Assembly (NCBI GenBank): GCA_951406725.2
Contig: OX597824.1
Span: forward strand, 75,020,001-75,084,000
DNA length: 64,000 bases
Source of the DNA: Octopus vulgaris
Lineage: Eukaryota
Direction of reading: 5' to 3'
Shown: positions 15,057 to 27,777 of the stretch, piece after piece
Layout of the letters: every line of letters starts with the position of its first letter
How positions within the stretch are numbered: the first letter of the stretch is position 1
The notes under the pieces: model-generated
Told to the model about the DNA's origin: nothing
The model's input: only the letters and a program-made list of their open reading frames with translations
Databases searched by the model: none
Position numbers and translations under genes: made by a program

Positions 15057-15955
15057 CCATTATTTAGTTTTATTTCATGAATTCTTGCCAATAGAGAAAG
15101 AGCCGGTTTCTAACCTACATCCAAGCCCTCTTCATTGTAATTTCAATAACATCAACAGGATATTTTTACATGTATGTTTGTATATACTATATTGGGAGTC
15201 AGTGCATGCGCAGATTTGTATGTTTTGTGTTATGGTTGTCTTCTCATGCATATAGTTGTATATCTAGACATGTTTGTTCTTTCTCGAGCCATAGGGGCCA
15301 TAGGTCTCCCGGTTTCCTTGGCGTATAGGTTCCCCACCTGGACGGGACGCCGGTCCGTCGCAGGTGAGCTGCAAGATGCAGGAGGAAAGAGTGAGAGAAA
15401 GTTGTGGCGAAAGAGTCAGCAGAAGTTCGCCATTACCTTCTGCCGGAGCTGCGTTGAGCTTAGGTGTTTCACTCATACATCGCCCGGTCTGAGATTCGAA
15501 CCCGCTGTCCCTCGACCGCGAGTCCACTGCTCTTACCACTAGGCCATGTGTCTCCACATATCTAGACATACTCATCTATAATTAAAGGATAAACTTATGG
15601 AAAGTTTTACAGATTATTGCAGTTCCAGTGATGGCTTGGATCCGTAGTCTTCGAGTCAGCTTTCTCCTTTCTGGTTTTGAGAAGCCTAATTTCTCATGAT
15701 TGATATTTAGGCAATGTGTTACATATCCCAGGGCCCCAATAATTACAGGTATAAACGTGAACTCGTAATCTGGATAGAACAGCTGTAGATTCCTCAATAG
15801 TTCAACGTAGATATTTTCTTTTTCTGTGATCTTTAGCATTACGTTAACATCTACTGGGCAGCGGATTCCCTCAACTGTACAGTTTCTTTTCTCTATCTCA
15901 AATTACAATTTCAGGCATATTATCTTTACATTTTATTGAGGTTTTCACTGAAACA
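15057..15955 (-). mobile_element. 5'-truncated TACA-family RLE retroelement interrupted by a SINE
   Basis: Degenerate KCKDNMPEIVI*DRE..CTVEGIRCPVDVN, then KITEKENIY...FIPVIIGALGYV...GTAIICKTF (ORF 15582-15839); 3' UTR is colinear with 196-441. Confidence 0.8.
15272..15557 (-). mobile_element. tRNA-derived SINE, body type B, with 12-bp TSD
   Basis: atatctagacat occurs at 15260-15271 and 15558-15569; A/B boxes tggcctagtgg and gggttcgaatctc on the minus strand. Confidence 0.9.
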
Positions 15956-16346
15956 CATGTATGTAAAATATAAGTTAGTCCTAGAGAGCACAATGTTCCC
16001 GAAGGTCAGCAATGACCTTCCTCGGTCATGAGTAGACGGCCATCATGTATGTATGTATGTATGTATGTATGTATGTATGTATGTATGTATGTATGTATGT
16101 ATGTATGTATGTATCTATCTATCTATCTATCTATCGATTATTCAACTACATCTTTCATAGTAGTCTCTGAGCATGGCTGAAATAAGCAAAAGATAAAGGT
16201 ACTGGCTATCCTTATTGCTACTTCAATTGATTGCATTCGATTGCTGCCTGAGGTCAATTTTGCCTTCATCCTATCGGAGCCGATAACAGAAGTACCAGTT
16301 GAGTATTGGGGTCGATGTAATCGACTTACTCCCTCTCCCGAAACTG

Positions 16347-18273
16347 CTACTGGGTATGATGCTTTCTTATTTACATGCTTTGAAACAAGTTTTAACATCC
16401 ATTCATCACAGTTTTTCAGGTAGGTATCTAGGCCAAATTTGGCAATCTTCATTGTTAATTCCAGTTGTAAAAGTCCACGGCCTCCCTCTTTTCTTGGCAG
16501 ATAAAGTCGTTCTATATCTGCCTTAGGATTGTGGATTCTATGCATTGTCAACAATTTTCGTATTTTTCTGTCAAGATTACATATTTCAGTAATTGACCAG
16601 TTAATGATATTGGAACTGTATGACACGACTGGTATGGCTAAAGTATTGATCGCTTCGATCCTGTTTCTTGCGTTCATCTCTGTCTTGAGTATTGCTCTTG
16701 CCCTGCAATAACATTCTCTTCTGATCCTTTCCTTCATCACTGAATGTTTGATTCTATCCACTTCAAATATCCCTAGGTGTTCGTAGCTCATGGCTGGTTC
16801 TAATTCTTTTGTGATATTCTGCTGGTCAAGATTGACATTGGATGTTTCTGTCACTTTCCCTTTGATAAAGGTAGTTTTTGCACATCTATCGAGACTAAGT
16901 TGCATCCTGATGTCATCACTGAATTATTTAACAATCGCTAGTAATCCCTTGAGTTGTTGGTCATATTTTGCAAAGAGCTTTAAATCATCCATGTAAATGA
17001 GATGATTTACATTTTTATCAAGCATTTTATAACCGTACTGTGCATCATTGTGGAATTTCGATAGAGGCATTGAAGCTAAACAAAAGAGGAGTAGTGATAG
17101 AGAGTCATCCTGGAAAATGCCACATGAAATTCTTACATCTCCAGCATTAAGAGATTCTTTGTCACTGTTCAAAGTCAGTGTGGTCCTCCATGACTCATAC
17201 TTACAGATAAGAAGTTTCGCAGAGTAGGTCCAGACATTTCTTAATCCAGCTATGTGGTAGACTATCAACAACATTTTTATAGTCTATCCAGGCTATCGAC
17301 AAGTTTTTGTGTCGTTTGTGATAATCTTATTGATGAGTAGCTGAACTTTACAACCATACATCCCACGTTTACATCCTTTTTGCTCATTAGGGAATATGTG
17401 ACTTTCTATTAAAAAAAAAAAAAGGTATATTCAGTTAAGACACATGTTAGTATTTTATACGTTGTTGTAAAGCAGGCTATGGGTCTATAATTTTTTAGTT
17501 TATTTGTTTCTACGTTTTTGTTTTTTGGAAGTAGGAATGTTAAACCATTAAGTAGCCAAGAGAGCATCATACTAGGATGTTGCAAAATATCGTAGTAAAG
17601 TTTTGTCTGCAGTTCATGAATCTCTGGGAAGGCATTCAACCAGAAGTTAGGAATTTTATCCTTTCCTGGAGACTTCCATTTGCTTGATTTCCTGTGAGCA
17701 GATCTTACATCCTCTACTTTGATACCCTCCCACTTTTGCTCCTCTAAGGAGTCTAAGTCTAGATATTCTATCAATCCAAAGGGCCTTTTCATTGTATGTT
17801 TTATCTTCTGCCCAAATTTTATTCCAAAATTCCTGCACTTTTTCTTTTGATGGGACAAACTTTACTGTAGCTTTGTATTTTCCCTATCTTCCTGTAAACA
17901 TTGTTGGAGTTATTTTTGAACGTGTTGCTGTCCTTGAGAAATCTAACGCGCTTTTCATACCTTGTTAAGTGGGCAGATTTAGCACATACCTTTTGCTTGA
18001 TAGTTTCTATGGTGTCTTCGACGTCAAATATGGTTTTCGTATTATATTTTTTCTTTAATTTTCGGATTTGTCAAACTTAAGGTTTTTTTTAAACATTCTA
18101 CATCAAACCTAAGTAGCTGAATTTGGTGTTGAATACGCTCTTGTCAAGTAGGCTATTGTGAGAATGGTATCGTTTTTTAATCTTTTCATCACGTAGAATC
18201 GTTGAGACTGTCGCTGATGCATAGTACAGGTGGTTGAGATCTGAAATTATATCCTTAAGTTTAATCCTGAAAT
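16347..18273 (-). mobile_element. Degenerate R4/Dong-type LINE (subfamily 5), RT region
   Basis: KWKSPGKDKI, NYRPIAC, GIFQDDSLS, HLIYMDDLKLF, LYLPRKEGGRGL; 5' junction in (TTA)n at 18277-18381. Confidence 0.9.
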
Positions 18274-18338
18274 TATATTATTATTATTATTATTGTTGTT
18301 GTTGTTGCTGTTGTTGTTGTTTTTATTATTACTATTAA

Positions 18339-18381
<43 letters not shown>

Positions 18382-18383
<2 letters not shown>

Positions 18384-19457
18384 TCAGTAGTATATTTTTT
18401 ATATCGTGCTTTCACTTCACTACCGAGCGCAGCTCTGTGTGCCTTGGGTATGTGCTGTGATTTGTTGTGATGCTCTGGTGGTTATTGTATGGAAAGTGTT
18501 CTGCGTAGGATGTGTGCAGTGCCTAGTAGTGCAATTTTCTGTATGTTATATGTGTTTGTAAGTCCTGGTGTTTTTGTTATGTATTTGTCTGAATATCTTT
18601 TTATCATGCCTAATGCACCTATTATAATAGGAATTGTTTCTGTTTTTAGATTCCACATTCTGGTTACCTCTATTTCCAGGTCTTTGTATTTTGAAAGTTT
18701 CTCCATTTCTTTTAGAGACAGGTTGTCATCCGCTGGTATTGATACATCAATTAGAAAACATTTTTTTCTTCATGATCTCTGACAACTATATCTGGTCTGT
18801 TGGCCTTAATTTCTCTATCTGTGTGTATAGGCATATCCCAGAGTATGGTTGCTTTCTCGTTTTCTGTGACCTTTTCGGGTGTGTGCCTATACCATCGTTT
18901 TTCTGTTGTTATTCCATAATGCTGGCATAGTTTCCAGTGTATATAGGTCCCAACTCTGTCGTGTCTGTGAATATATTCCTTCTTAGCCAGGACTGGGCAG
19001 CCAGAGATAATATGATTTATTGTTTCTTGTCCATCTCCACATATTCTGCAGTTACTTGTTATATTTCTTTTCATTACATGTTTTTGGTAATTTCTGGTGG
19101 GGAGGCTTTGGTCTTGTGCTGCAATTAAAAATCCTTCTGTCTCTGCTTTGAGTCCTGAGCTTCTCAACCATTGTTGGGATTTTTCTTTGTCTATTTCTTT
19201 TGCATTTAGTTTAGTCCAGTATTTGCTATGAAGGGGCTTTTCTTGCCATCGTTTTATTATGGTTCGTTGCTGTTCTGTTTTTAGTTTGGATTTCATTTGT
19301 TTTATAGCTTTTGTTGTTTCTTCATCATCATCATCTTCTTCTTCTTCTTCTTCTTCATATTTGTTAGGTGGTATGATTTCTTGTTTGTATTTGTCAGCTT
19401 CCATAAATACTGAGAACAGTTTTTTGTTTTGCTCGTGTTTTGCCGCTATTTGTATCA

Positions 19458-19459
<2 letters not shown>
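18382..19459 (-). mobile_element. 5'-truncated R4/Dong LINE (subfamily 1): CCHC finger, RLE endonuclease and 3' UTR
   Basis: CRIC..ETINHIISGC, RHD, RPDIVV, IIIGALG, QKIALLGTAHILR; near-identical to 30215-31404; (TTA)n on both sides. Confidence 0.92.
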
Positions 19460-19522
<63 letters not shown>

Positions 19523-19525
<3 letters not shown>

Positions 19526-19898
19526 AAACCTCATAGCTTATTTTGCAGGGTATGATGGAAAGGTGGCACTTGTTTACTGTTAGCCTTCAAGAACTCCGAG
19601 AAGAATTCTTGCAGTTCCAAGCAATGCTGATTTTTGTAGGTGTTCTACCTTCACACTTGCACCAATCTTTTTCAGCCATGATGGTAGTTGAATGCTGATA
19701 CTTCCAACTGCACCGATTACTATTGGTATCACGTCTACTCTCCTCATTGACCACAACCTTCGTATTTCCCACTTCAAATCGTCAGAGTTGCTTATTTCTT
19801 CTTTCTCTTTGATCCTGTTGTCACTGGGACATGCTGTGTCGATTATCATACATATTCTTTCTTTTTTATTCACCACAACAATGTCCGGTTTCCGATGT
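19523..19898 (-). mobile_element. 3' end of an R4/Dong LINE (subfamily 2)
   Basis: KPDIVVVNKKERICMIIDTACP...LQKSALLGTARIL; homologous to 57170-57575; TTA tracts on both sides. Confidence 0.88.
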
Positions 19899-19923
19899 CT
19901 ATTATTATTGTTGTTGTTGTTGT

Positions 19924-20031
<108 letters not shown>

Positions 20032-20307
20032 GAAGACTTCGCCTAGCAAATTATTTCATTTTGCTAAAAGAAGTCAGAAACCATGGTCCAGGAGATAGAT
20101 GGTAAATGTTTTTATTTTTCATTCCATTCGAAGTTTATCCCTAATAGTGGTTTGGATTTTGGCTGTTCCTTCTAGCATGGTAGGAATCCTATGACGGATA
20201 CCTCTTATGTGTCTAAATGTATGAATCATATATAGTCTATTGACTAATTTTTCTACGCGCTAGGCCACTGGTAGTAAAGATTTCTAAAATTTTTATTACC
20301 CTGATAT

Positions 20308-20369
<62 letters not shown>

Positions 20370-20376
20370 TATATAT

Positions 20377-20441
<65 letters not shown>

Positions 20442-20823
20442 CGTATATATATATGTATAAATATATGTTCACACATATGTATGTGTCAGTGTGCATACAT
20501 ATATGAATATAGATATACAAGTACACTCATACTTACACGCACATACATATTAAGCATGTATATATCCTATTATAAGCCGGAACATCATACTATTTCCGTG
20601 CATAGGGGCATATATTATAAACAGGAAACAAATGGAAATGAAATTTAGTCAAATATGATTATATAGATACATACATCCATTCATTCATACACATACATGC
20701 ATATAAATAGAAGCATATTATTATAATTCATATTTCTTCGTCCTAGACTGATGGCATATGCCACAACACATCGAAACAACATTTTGTCCCGGATTACGAT
20801 AGTTATAAGCATATCTGGTTTGT

Positions 20824-20865
<42 letters not shown>

Positions 20866-20909
20866 TGGGGGGGGCGGGGGTGTATGTATGTATGCATGTA
20901 CATACACAC

Positions 20910-20955
<46 letters not shown>

Positions 20956-20962
20956 ATATATA

Positions 20963-21316
20963 TACTAGCAGTATCGCCCGGCGTTGCTCGGGTTTGTAAG
21001 GGAAATAACTATAAAGCATTTTTAGAGAGTTATAGCCAAAAAATGGAAAAAAGTTATGGTAAATTTTTTTTTTAGTTAAAAAGGTCGAGTTGTGTCCCCT
21101 AGACAGTCTGTGGTTTGTGTTTCTAATTCTCGACCCCATGTCGAATTTATCGATTTTTTTCAGAACTGGGGGAACTTTTCAAAATTTTCGCTGCGTTAGT
21201 TTTGAATTATGACATTGGGCTATGTGTGTGTCAAGTTTCATCAGAATCGGTTGAAAGCCGTGGTCAGGGTGAGGGTACAACCTGACAGACACAGAAACAC
21301 ACACAGACAAACTACC

Positions 21317-21320
<4 letters not shown>
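20963..21320 (+). mobile_element. Non-autonomous Helitron/Helentron-like element (DINE-1/Lep1-like architecture)
   Basis: 5' actagcagtatcgcccggcgttgctcggg hairpin, aagtttcatcagaatcggttga, gacagacaca repeat, ends in tttatata; further copies at 37836, 40779 and 41393. Confidence 0.7.
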
Positions 21321-21382
<62 letters not shown>

Positions 21383-21566
21383 TCTTCAATTTCGTTCTCT
21401 TCCTTGTACGCTCACTGTGGTGTTGTAGCCGAAATTAATGACTTTTAATTTTCTTATTGGGCACTATCAGTGAAAAATATCTTGTTTTGCTGTGAATTCA
21501 GATGTATATTTTCAATCACGCGTGTATTTAGTACCAAAATATATCGATTTTATGTTTATTATTTAA

Positions 21567-21685
<119 letters not shown>

Positions 21686-21688
21686 GTA

Positions 21689-22001
21689 GTGGATGCGCAA
21701 TGGCCCAGTGGTTAGGGCAGCGGTCGGAGGATCGCGGTTTCGATTCCCAGACCGGGCGTTGTGTGTGTTTATTGAGCGAAAACACCTAAAAGCTCCACGA
21801 GGCTGCGACAGGGAGTGGTGGCAACCCCTGTTGTACTCTTTCGCCACAACTTTCTCTCTCTCTCTCTTCCTGTTTCTTGAGTAACGCTGTGATGGACTGG
21901 TGTCCCGTCCAGCTGGAGGGAACACATACGCCACAGAAACCGGGAAACCGGGCCCACGAACATGGCTAGGCTTGAAAAGAGCGACATTTATCGTTTTTTT
22001 T
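21689..22001 (+). mobile_element. tRNA-derived SINE, body type B, with 13-bp TSD
   Basis: tatatgtacagta occurs at 21676-21688 and 22002-22014. Confidence 0.9.
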
Positions 22002-22619
22002 TATATGTACAGTAACACCTCATTTTAAGAGGACTTGCTTTACGAGTTTTATTTTATACTAATTTTTCATGCACATGATCCAAATTTTGAACTAAGTGCA
22101 AATGTCCACTCCTCCGTTATTTCCTTTTGTTCCCTCGGTTCGTGTATTCCTTCCGACTTCGACACTTCAACGGGTGGAAGTGTGGTCTCCATCGATGTAG
22201 TCATTGTAAGTTTTGTAGGGGCTGAGTGTACTCAGCTCTTATGTGGCTTTTCTGGCCACATTCGAAGCACCTAGACTTCCTACCCTCCACCATTACCTTC
22301 AGTTTCCGATCAACAAGAAGCAACTTACTAACTTTTCTTGAACCACCACGTCCAACTCAAAAGTGAGGAGAACGAATCTCAAGTAGTTCACAATCGACAC
22401 TTTTCGTGCAATGTTATACTGGGTAGATGAGATTTAGTTATATAGGGAGGTGCAGTTGTTAACCGGAGGAGGAAATGTCATAATAGGAATTATGAGAAAT
22501 GCGATCTTGAAAATGTTACAAATGTTAAGCAGGTAATAATTGATCAATATGAAGTTACAGGACGGCAGGAGTATAGAGATTAATTGAAATAAAGATAATT
22601 AAAAATTTAATGATTAAAT

Positions 22620-23990
22620 TATCGATGTTCATCAAAATATTTAAATGTTGAACGGTATCTACGGTTACAGGAAAAATATAGCATCCGAGAATTTATTTAA
22701 TGATGTTGGTTCATACCGAAGAAAAGTATTCATGGACTCTCTAATACACAGCTTACATACGCGAGATTTTATTGTATAGGGGTGCTTCTGCTATTACAGA
22801 CCAAAATAATGAGTATTGTTTATTTTTTTAGTTTAAGTTCTTGTATATTCGAAGCTAGCGTTGTAGAAGATTTATATTTTGCGTTAGTAAAAGAGTTCAA
22901 ATGGCCCCTGTATCGACATTTAAAGTCTACAGTGCTTCCTATATAAACTCTTACCCTCTGTGTAGTAGGGATTTCCACACAGCAGCTATATACTACGTTA
23001 TTACATAAACAGTATCCGGCGAGCGGACACGACTCCTTAATTCGACAATTACATGTCCCACCCGCATCGGTATTAATTTTCCGATTACTAGAGATTAAGT
23101 CACCCCCGACCGTCAGGGGTTGGCCTGACGTAATGTTTACGTTAAAGCTAGTGTCAATTTTGGAGTTATAGAACTCGTTATAAAGATTTGTGTGGGCAGA
23201 TTTCTTAAGGCTGAGTTTACATCTATTGGTGGACGCCATGATCGAGCCTAAATTCGGAGTAGTAGAGTACAACAATTTCACAGAGGATTTATTAAAAATT
23301 GAATAATATTTATGATTTTTAGGAAAATTTTCCTTCAATATTTTAAAATACAATTTGGGCAAAGATTTGACCTGACGAGAGAAGGGAGGGGCAAACCATA
23401 TTATTTCACGTTTCCAAGATCTTGAGTATTTGGTCTGATTAGACTGATTGAGGATATAGGGTTTATATTTATGTGAATACCTAAATGCCATGTTATTAAT
23501 TCGGGCCTGATTCATACAGTGTTTCTTCATGTGTTTAATTGGTTTACCTAAATTGGGGGTCGTATTACTAGATTGTGAGCCAGTTCCATTCAAGGGATTT
23601 GCAATGTTGGTCTTGGGAATTGTATCAAGGATGTAAAATATTTCTTTTTAAAAACCACTTAATTTTAGGGCTTGGTTACAATACAGAGCGTGAGTGTTGA
23701 ATATTTCCTCGTTCGCCGATGAATTTGAGATTCTAATTGAGATAGCCATTACCATACCATCGATGGTTGATCTAGGATGATTAGAAAGAACGTTTACGTA
23801 CTGAAGGGTTTGGTTCGGTTTTCTATATGGATATTGAAGATTAGTTCTAAGATTAAGTGTGACGTCTAAAAAAAATTAGCTATCTTATGATTTATTTCAA
23901 ACACTATATTTAAATTATAATTTTTGAAGAATTTTATTAAATCTTTCTTAGTACTTTCAATCTCCGGACGGGATAAATTTTTAGTCCTAT
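22620..23990 (-). mobile_element. Penelope-like retroelement, degenerate: RT C-terminus plus C-terminal GIY-YIG endonuclease
   Basis: IIWFAPPFS, CNCRIKESCPLAGYCL, NVVYSC...VYIGSTVDFKCRYRGH in ORF 22820-23593; upstream frames give YRKPN and NHPRS-type RT thumb motifs. Confidence 0.85.
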
Positions 23991-24277
23991 ATATAAAGGA
24001 GAGAAAAGGGGGGGGAGGAGAAAAAAGAAGAAAAAAGTAAAAAAAGAAGAAAAAATAAAAAGAGAAAAGGGAAAAGAAGAAAAAAAGAAGAAAAGGAGAA
24101 AAATATATGATAGAGGTACTTATAGTAAATCCCAGCTGTTTCTTTTTCAAACACATTACCGCAATCAATAATTACTGTTGTTTGTAAATCAAAACATTAA
24201 TTTGAGAATAATGAAAATATGTTTTGCAGAGTTGCTGAATAAAAAGAAAAAAAAAGCAGGAAATGGAAATGTGTTTT

Positions 24278-24504
24278 GGTATGATATATTCTCAATTAAA
24301 CGTGTTTCATTTGCTAATAGAAATTACAAAAATTTACATGTTAGATAGATATATAAGGAATTTTCTATTACAAAATCTTCTGACTGAAAAATTTTATATC
24401 TGAAGGTTTTCTAATCGGAAATTCCTTACATGTCTATATACTATGTTAATCTTTGTAATTCCAACTAGCAAATGAAACACGTGTAATGGAGAGTAAATAA
24501 TACC
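24278..24504. mobile_element. MITE-like hairpin element
   Basis: ~100-bp imperfect inverted arms (acgtgtttcatttgcta / tagcaaatgaaacacgt; taaggaatttt / aaattcctta). Confidence 0.6.
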
Positions 24505-24538
24505 CCAAATGTCCACACACACACAGAGGCGCACACAC

Positions 24539-24616
<78 letters not shown>

Positions 24617-24630
24617 ATATCTATATCTAC

Positions 24631-24768
<138 letters not shown>

Positions 24769-25512
24769 CAAATTTACAGAAAGCAAAGGTTGAAGACAGG
24801 TGAGGGAACAACAAGCAGGTGTATTAGTTTGACGCTTGGGAGAATGGAAAGTCTTTGACGTTTCGAGCCTGTGCACTTCGACAGAATGCATTGAGAAGAA
24901 ATTTACGTACTTACGTATGTATGTATGTATGTATGTATGTATGTATGTATGTATGTATGTATGTATGTATGTATGTATGTGTGTATGTACATACATACAC
25001 ACACGCACGCACGCACACACACGTGCGCGCACACACACGCGTGCGCGCACACATATACATTATTGAATGACAACGAAACAAGAAATACACAATCAACTTC
25101 ATTGGCTTACAACTGTTTCTGTTATAAGAAGCAGTGTATTCAGAGCCAAGTACTTGTACGACATCGTATAAGAGGAACAGCTTTAAGTTAATGAAGTCAA
25201 TTGCATAATTCTTGCTTGTTCATTATTTTCTCCTACGTTCTGTACTCGCCACTCGCAAAATTGCAAAGCATACCTTTTATTCTTTTCCAGTCATTGGACT
25301 GCGGTCATGCTGGGGCAACAACTTGAAGAATTTTTAAAAGAATAAATCCATCCCAGACCTTACTTTTAGTAAATCCGGGTACATATTCTCTCGGTCTCTT
25401 TTGCAGCTCCGGGGACGCAAATATATATATACATAATAATAATATGAGAGAATAATATTCCAAACTTACAGGGAAAAATTCAATTTAGAAATACTAAATC
25501 AAATTTCACAAA

Positions 25513-25572
<60 letters not shown>

Positions 25573-25648
25573 TAGAAAAAAACCCACTTTTCTAGATGGT
25601 GTAATTTAATTCTTCATTATTGAACTGATAAAAGGTTGTTTTTTATTA

Positions 25649-25725
<77 letters not shown>

Positions 25726-25726
<1 letters not shown>

Positions 25727-26052
25727 TTGTTTGTTTGTACGTTGACCGCTGAAAACACCAATAAAATTGATATTTCAGGTTTTCCGTGCCATTTAAATTT
25801 ATTTGACCATTCCACATATAACTGTGCACTTATTTTCCGGAAACGGATGGTGGTGGTGGTGGGGGGTTGCGAGTTGGTGGTGTATTGGCTCCTATTTCTT
25901 GCAAGCCACGTATTATTTCACCGCAATGCGCCTATGTATTCTTATATGACAAAAAGTTTGTTTGTACGTTGACCGCTGAAAACACTAAATAAAATAGATA
26001 TTTCATGATTTTCGTATCATTTCAATTAATTTGACCATTCCGCAGATAACTC
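25726..26052 (+). repeat. Two diverged ~100-bp direct repeats about 230 bp apart
   Basis: tttgtttgtacgttgaccgctgaaaacac...tttgaccattcc occurs twice. Confidence 0.75.
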
Positions 26053-26064
26053 TCTATTTACTCT

Positions 26065-26316
26065 TTTACCCTTTTACTCTTTTACTTGTTTCAGTCATTT
26101 GACTGCGGCCATGCTGGAGCACCGCCTTTAGTCGAGCAAATCGACCCCAGGACTTATTCATTGTAAGCCTAGTACTTATCCTATCGGTATCTTTTGCCGA
26201 ACCGCTAAGTTACGGGGACGTAAACACACCAGCATCGTTTGTCAAGCGATGTTGGGGGGACAAACACAGACACACAAACATATACACATACATACATACA
26301 TACATACATACATACA

Positions 26317-26349
<33 letters not shown>

Positions 26350-26490
26350 CTTGGGACTTGTTAATGGTCAGTGCGTAACTGACTCTGACTGAGAATTGCA
26401 ATCGTTTGCAACGAAAGGGACATCTATTGGTATTATCCTTTTTCGGAGTGGATTTGGTAGACGGAAACTGAAAGAAGCCCGTCGTATATA

Positions 26491-26564
<74 letters not shown>

Positions 26565-26569
26565 GTATA

Positions 26570-26601
<32 letters not shown>

Positions 26602-26626
26602 CATTTCCATATATACATATATATAC

Positions 26627-26664
<38 letters not shown>

Positions 26665-26701
26665 GACGGGCGTCTTTCAGTTTCCGTCTACCAAATCCAC
26701 T
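26065..26701 (-). mobile_element. CORE/OR2-like SINE, 5'-truncated, with an inverted duplication in its microsatellite
   Basis: Same family as 51895-52298; see the finding at 26348-26807. Confidence 0.8.
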
Positions 26702-27074
26702 CCGAAAAAGGATACTACTAATACCAACAGATGTCCCTTTCGTTGCAAACAATTGCAATTCCCAGTCAGAGTCAGTTACGCACTGACCATTAACAAGTCC
26801 CAAGATCAAACGCTGCAGGTTGTCGGTTTCCTTCTAGAAGAGGGCCGTTTCTCACATCGTCAATTGTACGTTGATTGTTCCAGAGTAGGAAGCCTACAGA
26901 AACTCTCCATATATATATTCCGAAGAAATAAGTTGAAAACTTTGTATATACTGAAGTTTTGTAAATGTTTTAGAAATTTCGTACAATACCGAAATTGGAC
27001 TCTCACAACAGCAAAAAAGAATATACATGTGATGCTGTAGACATTTTCCTGGAATTGTTAAATGCTGAATGATG

Positions 27075-27138
<64 letters not shown>

Positions 27139-27164
27139 CAACAACAACAATAAAAAAAAATAAT

Positions 27165-27484
27165 GTAAGGTATGCGATAAGAAAGAAAGAAAAGTCGATA
27201 GATATGACAGGTTAGCTTGGGAGGTTAAGTTGTTGTGGTCGCTGAAAAATGTGGTAGTAGTACCAATAATTGTCAGAGCCCTGGGAACAGTGAGTAAAAA
27301 TCTTGAGAAGTACATGGAAGAAATCAGGCCTGCAAATAAGAGCGGAGCACTCGCGGAAAACAGCACTGCTTGGAAACTTTCGAATACTCCAGATGGTGCT
27401 CGAAAAATAAGGGGTGTTTCTTTGGTTCACTGGTAGTGAACAGCTGGCACCGTATATGTCCAGCGTTAGAAGCTGTGCAAAGAC

Positions 27485-27485
<1 letters not shown>
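27165..27485 (+). mobile_element. 3' end of an R4/Dong LINE (subfamily 3)
   Basis: Matches 59585-59905 (KVDRYDRLAWEV, VVPIIVRALG; 3' end agaagctgtgcaaagac); TAA tracts on both sides. Confidence 0.88.
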
Positions 27486-27564
<79 letters not shown>

Positions 27565-27614
27565 TAATAATAATAATAATGATGATGATGATTATGATGA
27601 TGATGATGATAATA

Positions 27615-27697
27615 AAACAAGGGTGTTACTTTGGTTATCTGGTTGTGGACAGCTGTCACCGTATTATATGTCCAGTGTTAGAAGCTGTGCAAAGACA
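27615..27697 (+). mobile_element. Very short 3' UTR-only copy of Dong subfamily 3
   Basis: Repeats ...tatatgtccagtgttagaagctgtgcaaagacaata seen at 27450-27488. Confidence 0.75.
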
Positions 27698-27698
27698 A

Positions 27699-27776
<78 letters not shown>

Positions 27777-27777
27777 G

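Noticed and set aside
22620-23990. Permuted-domain or selenoprotein-coding Penelope (Naiad-like)
   Set aside because: The endonuclease lies C-terminal to the RT remnants and the conserved Cys positions in the ORF are ordinary codons.
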